Shown piece after piece: positions 51,860 to 59,709 of a DNA stretch of 64,000 nt. Each line of letters opens with the position of its first letter. Position 1 is the first letter of the stretch. Position numbers and translations under genes: made by a program. Under the pieces are notes generated by a model. It searched no databases. It saw nothing but the letters and a program-made list of their open reading frames with translations, and was not told the origin of the DNA. The DNA comes from an uncultured archaeon. GTDB taxonomy: Archaea > Asgardarchaeota > Hermodarchaeia > Hermodarchaeales > Hermodarchaeaceae. The stretch is from the NCBI GenBank assembly GCA_964347045.1, contig CAYFXC010000003.1, forward strand, positions 38,701 through 102,700, read 5' to 3'.

Positions 51860-53830
51860 ATGACCGATTCCCAAAATCAACCTCAACATGCTCCGCATCC
51901 CCCAACTTCTTTTCTTCCCCGTTCTACACACAGCCCCGAAGCTCAACACCTTCTCAATATCTATGGATTCACCGCTTGGAATACTCTCGAACGCGACCTC
52001 AACCGCCACCCCTATCTTAGACACCGCACTACCTTCCCCCTAGCCTACACACACGCCCTCTGGCACCGTATCCTCACTGCTGCTCGTAATGACGGACACC
52101 TCACCGACACCACCTACAAATCCCTCGAAACTATCACCGGCATCCCCGCTGGACGACTCCGCGACTGGCGTCTCGGCGAAAAAGAACCCCACCTCGAACG
52201 CACTCTCCAAATCCACGAAACCGCCCGACAATACTGGGAACACACCCTCCCCCAAGAAGCCAAACAACACCTCATTGATCCCTCCCTTGTCTACACCACC
52301 TTCCACCCCCTCCTTGACCACACCGAAACACATACTCTCGAAGCCCCTACCACCGGCATCAAAACCCTCTATCACCACAACAAAAACCAACGCCTCATAA
52401 TCGCCGAACTCAAACCCTACCACAAAACCGGACCCCAACAACTCCGCACCATCGCCCACGCAATCATTGAACATCGATCTGAACTCGAACACAAACTCAC
52501 CAAACGGCTAAATCTCCCCAACACCCACGAAGAACTCCGGATCGCCGTCGACCACGGCACCCTCTACCTCTGGCGCAAAACCACCCACCCCGACCACTGG
52601 CTCAACACCTATAGAAACGAACTCCTCTACCTTACACCCAAAATCAAAGAAGACCTCATCAACAAGGCACGACGCCACCTCAACGTCAATACCCAACAAC
52701 TCGGACAACTCCTCGCCCAACTCACCGACCACAAAGGTGAACGAAGCCACACTCCACGAGCCGCACCCTACGAACTCACACACTTCAGTCCCAGTCTCCA
52801 CGGCAACACCCTCCACCTTCTCCTCGACGCAGCCGACCAAACGGTCGATGCAATCAAACCGTATATTACCCAAATCGGACGCATCGCCAACCACGAAAAA
52901 GGTGGAGGTATCCAAAATCCACGTTTCCCCCAAGGCAGAGAACTCGACATATTACGCGCACGTCTTCTTGCTATCGGACTCAGCGATTGTCATATCCACA
53001 AAGACACTCGTGTAATGTCTTATCATGAAAACGATCTAAATCGCATTAGGTATGTGACTAGTTTATTCCGAAGACTAGGGGATTGTACTTACAAACTTGA
53101 ATTCCTCCGGGGAAATCGCACCCGTCTAACCATAACTGCTCCTGTGGGACGGCTTCTCGAATATTGGGGCGTCCCACGCGGCGATAAGCATCTTTACCCT
53201 AATGCTAGATTACCCGAAGTGGTTCGTTTGGGGAAACCCAAAGTGAAGCAAGCCTACCTCGCTGAAGTAATCCCCGAAGATGGATTTTTTGTCAATCGCG
53301 CAGGTGCTTACAAATTTGGGATTAAACGAGCCCAAATTCTCGACGCCGGTTTAAAATCAAAAATTTATGGCTATCCTACAAAAATTACTCCGAAACATAC
53401 AGGTTTGATTAAAAAATATGGAGTAAAGCGAAAACAAGCAATACGGGACAATAGACCACGAAACGAAATAACATTGACAAAAGGGAGGTTAAAAGAATTA
53501 ATCAGAAAAGGAGAAACGCAAAAAGATCAACACATAGCTCAACAATTGGAAGTAATAATCAAGACAAATCCTTCTCAGTTACTTAAAGACGAAAAGGAGC
53601 TGGCAGAAAGCTTAGGGATCAAGATGCAAATGATTTTCAAAGAACTTAAACTCCAAGAATCTGGGCGAGTCTCTACCCTCTGGGAAATCTATACCAAATC
53701 CTCAACAGACACTCTTCAATGGGCAACCCTTGCAGAACCAAGCTCTGGAGAAAAACAGAGTGCAGTGAGAGATTGGATTATCAAATACCAAGGAAAGAAT
53801 TCTATAGATTCTACTAAGGCGGAGCTATAG
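51860..53830 (+). CDS. Free-standing HTH plus two-motif LAGLIDADG endonuclease-like protein
   Basis: HTH YKSLETITGIPAGRLRDWR; motif 1 LLAIGLSDCHI (~52964); WGVPRGDK...RLPEVV linker; motif 2 AYLAEVIPEDGFF (~53252). Confidence 0.72.
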   Translation: MTDSQNQPQHAPHPPTSFLPRSTHSPEAQHLLNIYGFTAWNTLERDLNRHPYLRHRTTFPLAYTHALWHRILTAARNDGHLTDTTYKSLETITGIPAGRLRDWRLGEKEPHLERTLQIHETARQYWEHTLPQEAKQHLIDPSLVYTTFHPLLDHTETHTLEAPTTGIKTLYHHNKNQRLIIAELKPYHKTGPQQLRTIAHAIIEHRSELEHKLTKRLNLPNTHEELRIAVDHGTLYLWRKTTHPDHWLNTYRNELLYLTPKIKEDLINKARRHLNVNTQQLGQLLAQLTDHKGERSHTPRAAPYELTHFSPSLHGNTLHLLLDAADQTVDAIKPYITQIGRIANHEKGGGIQNPRFPQGRELDILRARLLAIGLSDCHIHKDTRVMSYHENDLNRIRYVTSLFRRLGDCTYKLEFLRGNRTRLTITAPVGRLLEYWGVPRGDKHLYPNARLPEVVRLGKPKVKQAYLAEVIPEDGFFVNRAGAYKFGIKRAQILDAGLKSKIYGYPTKITPKHTGLIKKYGVKRKQAIRDNRPRNEITLTKGRLKELIRKGETQKDQHIAQQLEVIIKTNPSQLLKDEKELAESLGIKMQMIFKELKLQESGRVSTLWEIYTKSSTDTLQWATLAEPSSGEKQSAVRDWIIKYQGKNSIDSTKAEL

Positions 53831-53856
53831 AAAATGCTGAGAGGCAATCAAGGCAA

Positions 53857-55062
53857 TTAACGGCGCCAAGCTTTGATTCGGTTCCGTTCTTCTCGACTCT
53901 TCTCTTGGAACCATGCCCAGGGCTTCTCTTCTTGCTTCCCATCGGGGTATGAAAGTATAATTCGGTCAGTGCAGGAGAAGCAGGGGTCTATCGAAGCCAG
54001 GGCGATGGGGATGTCGGCGATTTTGCCGCCTTTGAGCATTTCGATGACGCTGGGGATGTTGGCGTAGGTGGGGGCGCGGGCTTTGTGGCGTTCGGGTTTG
54101 TCGGTGCCGTTGCTGACGACGTAGTGGAGGACTTCGCCGCGGGGGGCTTCGAAGGTGCTGAGGGCGTGGCCGGGTGGGATGCGGCGGGGGGTGCGGGTGC
54201 TGATGTCGCCTGTGGGGAGGGTGGTGAGCCAGTGGGTGACGGTGGTGCAGGCGTCGAGGGTTTCGAGCATGCGGACGACGACGCGGCCGGCGACGTCGCA
54301 CATGTCGGAGGTGCGGACTTCCCAGGTGGTGCCGAGGGTTTCTTGGTAGGGGGTGCGGGGTTGGGTGGCGCGGACGTCCCAGTCGATGTTGGAGGCGCGG
54401 GCGGTGGGTCCGGTGGCGCAGAGGGCTTTGCCGACGTCGGTTTTGAGGATGCCGACGCCGATGGCGCGGTCGAGGATCGTTTGTTCGGCTAACACGAGTT
54501 TGATGTAGTGGTTGACGCGGTCTTTGATTTTTTCCAGGCGGTCTACCATGCTGGGGATTTGGCTTTTCTCGATGTCGTGGCGGACGCCGCCGATGATGTT
54601 GTTGGCGTAGTTGACGCGGTTCCCACAGATTTCTTCGATCATGTCCATGCTTAATTCGCGGTCCCGCCAGGAATAATGGAACAGGGTATCCCAGCCGATT
54701 TCGTGGCCGGCTATGCCGAGCCAGAGGATGTGGCTGTGGATGCGGTTGAGCTCGTTCATGATGGCACGAATGTACAAACCCCGTTTGGGAACATCCAAGT
54801 CCAGAATCTCTTCGACGGCTTGAACATATGTTGTGGTGTGGGCTTGAGAGCAAATCCCGCAAATGCGTTCGGCGAGGTAAATGTTTTGGCTAAAACTTCG
54901 ACTTTCAAAGGCTTTTTCGATGCCGCGATGGACATAGCCGATTCGCGCTTCGACGTCGACAACAATTTCTCCGTCGACGGTGATGGTGAAGTTTTCCGGC
55001 TCCTTGAGTGCGGGGTGTTGGGGACCGATGGGGATGGTCATCGTTGTGGGTGGTTTAGCCAT
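53857..55062 (-). CDS. Group 4 [NiFe]-hydrogenase large subunit (HycE/EchE/MbhL-like)
   Basis: GPQHP, HRGIEK, L1 ERICGICS.AH, EAPRGE, L2 DPCFSCTDR plus 34-aa C-terminal extension. Confidence 0.94.
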   Translation of the reverse strand: MAKPPTTMTIPIGPQHPALKEPENFTITVDGEIVVDVEARIGYVHRGIEKAFESRSFSQNIYLAERICGICSQAHTTTYVQAVEEILDLDVPKRGLYIRAIMNELNRIHSHILWLGIAGHEIGWDTLFHYSWRDRELSMDMIEEICGNRVNYANNIIGGVRHDIEKSQIPSMVDRLEKIKDRVNHYIKLVLAEQTILDRAIGVGILKTDVGKALCATGPTARASNIDWDVRATQPRTPYQETLGTTWEVRTSDMCDVAGRVVVRMLETLDACTTVTHWLTTLPTGDISTRTPRRIPPGHALSTFEAPRGEVLHYVVSNGTDKPERHKARAPTYANIPSVIEMLKGGKIADIPIALASIDPCFSCTDRIILSYPDGKQEEKPWAWFQEKSREERNRIKAWRR

Positions 55063-55113
55063 AGTGGGTCAACTACCTGAAAGCTTTCAGTGTAGTCACT
55101 TCATGCCTTTTTC

Positions 55114-56355
55114 TTCCTTAAGAAATTAACCGTCAAACAAAGTTATACCCGGCTTTATATACCACGGCTGGGCTTTGAAGACCATCAACGAGGCCGAAAT
55201 GATTCCAAACTTTGAGGTTAGATTGCTCTGTAAGAGTGGTTGGATGGGTGTCCCACATTTCTTTGAATCGAGAAAAAGCATGGTATTCAAAATGCAAAAG
55301 ATTAGTTGTTTGGTTTTTTAGATAGGCGTGTGTAGCCGTAGATAATGACTAAGGTGATGCTGTAGATGGAGTACAGTATAATGATAGCAAGAAAGTACCA
55401 TTGTAACTGAATGAGACCTAAGATTTCTACGAATAGGGCAAGTGAGAAGTTGAACGAAGCGTGGAAAATAATGGCGCCCAATACGCTGCCATTGGTGTTA
55501 TTTACAATCCATGTGATAATGATGGATATGAACACAATTAATATGATGAAACCTAGAAAATTAAGGAAATCAAATTGTCCCTCCTCAAGTCCAAGTAGCA
55601 GATAAATGGGTAAATGCCAGAATCCCCAGAATACCCCAAGAATGAGGCTTGACCCTAAGGCGTTAAACCGTGATTGCAGGCGTGGTAATGCGAATCCCCG
55701 CCAACCCAGTTCTTCTCCAGTAGCACCAATCACCACACTACCAATTAACCAAAACAAACCAATAATCCCGTCAAAGGGCATATGAGGTCCAGGGATTGGA
55801 TTGCCAAGACCTATGTATAGCCCTATGGTAAGAAGAGCAATCGCGAAAGGAGAAAAAGCTGCAAGATACCAACCAATTCCGATTCTCCATATCCCCATTT
55901 TTCCTACTAATTTCCTGATTCCGTTCCATTCTTTCAGAATTAATAATATCACGATGAATGCGGCAATGCTTGGAGCCCAGGGAGGAAGAAGTTGGAGCAC
56001 AGGAAGTGGTATTACTACCGCAATACCACTTGCCCCAATAAAAAGTACAAAAGTTAGAACAAAGAACCACAAGAGAACAGATCCACTCGAGGATATCCGT
56101 GTTTCAGTGGCGGTCGTTTCAAGTGTCATAATATTTCAAGGCAAAACAATTGAAAGTTATTCAAATACCTTCATAAACCGGCTAGTTCAGAATTTTCTAT
56201 GACAAATCTAACCTTCTTTACAAGTTTTATTACTGTAACCTAGGTGTTGGTCTGAAAAATTTCGAAACGATCTATTGTCTGGCTTTTTGGTACCAAGGTA
56301 ATTTGGATTTGGCCAATGGTTTCCCTAAGAAATTAACTGTCAGACTATGATATAC
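55114..56355. repeat. 35-bp imperfect direct repeats (55114-55148, 56321-56355) flanking the CPBP gene
   Basis: ttcc.taagaaattaac.gtca.ac.a.g.tatac, 29/35 identical. Confidence 0.75.
55302..56129 (-). CDS. CPBP (type II CAAX/Abi) intramembrane metalloprotease
   Basis: EELGWRG, WGFWHLP, HASFN motifs. Confidence 0.92.
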   Translation of the reverse strand: MTLETTATETRISSSGSVLLWFFVLTFVLFIGASGIAVVIPLPVLQLLPPWAPSIAAFIVILLILKEWNGIRKLVGKMGIWRIGIGWYLAAFSPFAIALLTIGLYIGLGNPIPGPHMPFDGIIGLFWLIGSVVIGATGEELGWRGFALPRLQSRFNALGSSLILGVFWGFWHLPIYLLLGLEEGQFDFLNFLGFIILIVFISIIITWIVNNTNGSVLGAIIFHASFNFSLALFVEILGLIQLQWYFLAIIILYSIYSITLVIIYGYTRLSKKPNN

Positions 56356-56450
56356 TTGATTATTTTTAGGGCGCATTCTGGTCATGAAACCCCTAGAACC
56401 CTTTCTCGTCTTTCTAAAATTTAGATAACGAGTATTTTACTAGTTCATAG

Positions 56451-56486
56451 AAAAAAGATTGACAGGTGCCCCCAAGAGGGGACACC
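56451..56486 (-). terminator. Hairpin plus T tract downstream of the small membrane gene
   Basis: GGTGTCCCC-tctt-GGGGGCACC then TGTCAATCTTTTTT on the minus strand. Confidence 0.55.
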
Positions 56487-56507
56487 AATGAAGGAAGTTC
56501 CCTTAAT

Positions 56508-56876
56508 CTACCTAAAAGCGTCTCTGACGAAGAAAAGATAGATGACGATGATGAGCGGGATGGCCACGACGATCAATTGTGAGAAGTCAAGAAAACCAGA
56601 ATTATAGAAACCATAGATGCCAATGATTAGGGCAATAATGTTGTAGAACATTGTGATCATCCAGGCCCACCCTTTCAGACCCCAGAGTCCCCAGAAGAGA
56701 ATAAGACCAATGATTCCCCAGATAATCATGAATGCACCGATTGCCATTAAGATTATCCCAATAATTGGGATGGCTAAGCCAGCCATCAGTGAGAGAGCAC
56801 CAATCGCAAGCATTGCAATTGCGCCAAGTAGTTGTAGAATGGCGATGATAGTTACGCCCGTTGGACGTTCAGCCAT
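56508..56876 (-). CDS. Small 4-TM membrane protein (RPTGVTI...GLW.LK.WAW...V+..F type)
   Basis: Four hydrophobic helices; GGTGA RBS before ATG 56876. Confidence 0.8.
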   Translation of the reverse strand: MAERPTGVTIIAILQLLGAIAMLAIGALSLMAGLAIPIIGIILMAIGAFMIIWGIIGLILFWGLWGLKGWAWMITMFYNIIALIIGIYGFYNSGFLDFSQLIVVAIPLIIVIYLFFVRDAFR

Positions 56877-57253
56877 TTTTTTCACCAATTTAGTTTTGGA
56901 CTATGAATTACCTTACAACAGAAGCTACTTCTGTTATAGAAGTAATTATCCCTCGGTCCTACTATTCTCCTTATAAATTAGGCAGGTCCGTCAAAGGATT
57001 CAAAGAAAAGCTTCTTTTTTTCTTAAACACAAGAGTTTTTCTCACAAATATTTCTCAACGTAGTATTCTGAACACCAACCAATTTGAATTCAACAAGTAA
57101 TACTTGATGCGGATTCAAATGGGGTCCAGAAATCTGAGAAAGACATTTGAGCGATACCTCATTTAATGCGTCTCCCCAGAAGCTTTTGTTAACTCTCAAG
57201 CGTCTTAAATAGGAGATAATCCTAACAGTCTCTAGTCGTGGAGAGTACGAAAT

Positions 57254-59650
57254 ATGCCTGAATTAACACCAAACCAACTTCGCGCCAGATGTAAATCAAA
57301 GGACTTTGAATGCAAAACGAGTGCTGAGCTATCTCTCCTAGAAGGGGTCGTGGGTCAACCACGGGCTCTAAACGCGCTAAAATTTGGTTTAGAGATTCCC
57401 GATAAAGGTTTTAACATTTATGTGGCTGGAAGCCCAGGCACAGGTCGACACACGGCGACGAAACGGTACCTTGAAGAACTTAAGGCTCAACTGCGTGAAG
57501 TCCCTTCAGATTGGTGTTATGTGACCAATTATAAGAATCAGTTCAGACCGAAAGCCTTGGAGTTTCCTGCCGGAATGGGGAAGGTGTTTGTTGCGAAGAT
57601 TGATCAATTTATCGAGGCGGCGCGAACATCGATTCAACGAATGTTGGAAAGCGAAGAATACGCTCAGCAGCGTGAAGAACTTACTCGTTCGTTTGAAACT
57701 CAACGAGATGAATTAACTGAAGAGATGCGTGGAAAAGCTCAAGATGCTGGCTTTATGTTGCAAGGAACACAGACGGGATTGCTGATGGTGCCAGTAATTC
57801 AAGGAAAACCGATTGGACCTGATATGATTCCTAAGTTGAAGCCCGAAGTTCGGAAGGAAATTGAAGCTAAACGGAACGCCCTTGAAACTGAGCTTCGTTC
57901 GGCTTTTCGAAAATTACGCCAGCTCGAACGAGATTTATTTGAACAGCTTCGTCAAATGGAAGAAAAGGCTGTGCGCTTTACACTTGAACCATTAATCAAC
58001 GAAATTGAAGAAGAATTCACTGGCAATGAAAAATCCGTGAGCTGGATTAACGAATTAGCTGATGATATGATTGAAAATTTGAATCAATTCATTGGGCGAC
58101 AACCTCAAGGGATGCCTCCTGAGCTTCTGATGCGCATGCCCTCACCTGAAGATTTTGCCAATCGCTATAAAGTCAATCTAATTGTGGATAACTCAGAAAT
58201 AGAAGGTGCTCCGGTAGTTACTGTAACTAATGCTGCGTATAATCGTCTCTTTGGGTTAATTGAAAAAGAGCCCCGATTTGGTGCGTTGGTAACAGATACT
58301 ACTATGATTCGTGGAGGTTATTTACATCAGGCAAATGGTGGTTATATTGTAATTCCGGTTCGTGAACTTCTAATGGCACCTGCATCATATCAGGCATTGA
58401 AACGGGCTTTACAAAATGATCAGATTGTCATTGAGGAAGCCTCAGAAGCAATGGGGTTTCTTACTGTGAAAACATTACATCCTGAGCCAATACCACTGAA
58501 AATAAAGGTAGTTTTGATTGGTGAGCCACTGTGGTATCAGCAATTGTATCAGTTAGATCCTGATTTTCGTGAATTGTTCAAAGTTAAAGCAGATTTTGAT
58601 ACATCCATGGAACGCAATGAACAAACTGTCAAAATCTATGGAGACTTTGTTTGTACACTCACTGAAAAAGAAAATCTTTTGTCGCTTGATGCTGAAGCGA
58701 TTGCGGAAGTAGTCGATTTCAGTTCAAGACTAGCGGATGATCAAAATAAACTGTCAACCCGTTTTGATATTGTCGCAGACATTATCCGCGAAGCAAACTT
58801 CTATGCAAAGAAATCTGGGAAAAATACAATTGGTTTATCGTATATCAAAAAGACCGTGGATGAACGGTTCTTCCGCTCGAGTTTGTATGCTGAGAAAGTT
58901 CGTGAATATATCAAGAAAGGTGTCATTTTAATAGACACAAAGGGTGAAAAAGTCGGGCAAATCAATGGCTTGTCCGTGCTTTCTCTAGGAGATTTTAGTT
59001 TTGGGCAACCTTCGCGTATCACTGCTACAGTCGCACCGGGGCGGGGACAAGTCATAGATATTGAACGTGAAGCACAACTCAGTGGACCAATCCAAATTAA
59101 AGGGGTGCAAATCCTCACAGGATTTCTTCATGAAGTATTTGGCCAAGACAAACCCTTGAGCCTTTTAGCTCGTATTACCTTCGAACAAAGTTATGGTGGA
59201 GTTGATGGTGACAGTGCAAGTAGCACTGAGTTATATGCCATGCTCTCGGCGTTATCCGATGTTCCGATTCAACAACGATTTGCTGTCACGGGTTCAGTCA
59301 ACCAACATGGACACGTCCAAGCAATCGGTGGAGTAAATCAGAAAATTGAGGGCTATTTTGCTGTTTGTAAGGAAATGGGCTTAACTGGTGACCAAGGAGT
59401 GTTGGTTCCTGAATCAAACGTACAAAATCTCATGTTGAAAGATGAAGTGATTGAGGCTGTACAAGCTGCTAAGTTTCACATCTACTCGGTGAGAACCATC
59501 GAGGAAGGAATTGAATTGCTCACAGGTGTTCCTGCGGGTAAAACGCAAGCAGATGGAGCCTATCCTGAGAATTCGATATTCGGGCGTGTCGATAAACGGT
59601 TACAGGAAATGGCCAATATCATGCGAGAACATAATCGTCCCGCTAACTAA
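57254..59650 (+). CDS. lonC: LonC-type Lon-like protease
   Basis: GQPRA, degenerate Walker A GSPGTGR, coiled-coil insertion, ANGG, GDSAS Ser and NQKIEG Lys dyad. Confidence 0.9.
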   Translation: MPELTPNQLRARCKSKDFECKTSAELSLLEGVVGQPRALNALKFGLEIPDKGFNIYVAGSPGTGRHTATKRYLEELKAQLREVPSDWCYVTNYKNQFRPKALEFPAGMGKVFVAKIDQFIEAARTSIQRMLESEEYAQQREELTRSFETQRDELTEEMRGKAQDAGFMLQGTQTGLLMVPVIQGKPIGPDMIPKLKPEVRKEIEAKRNALETELRSAFRKLRQLERDLFEQLRQMEEKAVRFTLEPLINEIEEEFTGNEKSVSWINELADDMIENLNQFIGRQPQGMPPELLMRMPSPEDFANRYKVNLIVDNSEIEGAPVVTVTNAAYNRLFGLIEKEPRFGALVTDTTMIRGGYLHQANGGYIVIPVRELLMAPASYQALKRALQNDQIVIEEASEAMGFLTVKTLHPEPIPLKIKVVLIGEPLWYQQLYQLDPDFRELFKVKADFDTSMERNEQTVKIYGDFVCTLTEKENLLSLDAEAIAEVVDFSSRLADDQNKLSTRFDIVADIIREANFYAKKSGKNTIGLSYIKKTVDERFFRSSLYAEKVREYIKKGVILIDTKGEKVGQINGLSVLSLGDFSFGQPSRITATVAPGRGQVIDIEREAQLSGPIQIKGVQILTGFLHEVFGQDKPLSLLARITFEQSYGGVDGDSASSTELYAMLSALSDVPIQQRFAVTGSVNQHGHVQAIGGVNQKIEGYFAVCKEMGLTGDQGVLVPESNVQNLMLKDEVIEAVQAAKFHIYSVRTIEEGIELLTGVPAGKTQADGAYPENSIFGRVDKRLQEMANIMREHNRPAN

Positions 59651-59709
59651 TCGTCGTATCGCAATTCACTTTTAAGCAACATCCACACAAGCCCTTTTAG
59701 GGAAGCCGG

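Noticed and set aside
53966-55080. Long alternative-frame and antisense ORFs over the hydrogenase gene, and similar ones at 52040-52933 and 14095-14586
   Set aside because: Low-complexity His/Arg/Pro or Gly/Val/Glu translations produced by the compositional skew, which removes stop codons
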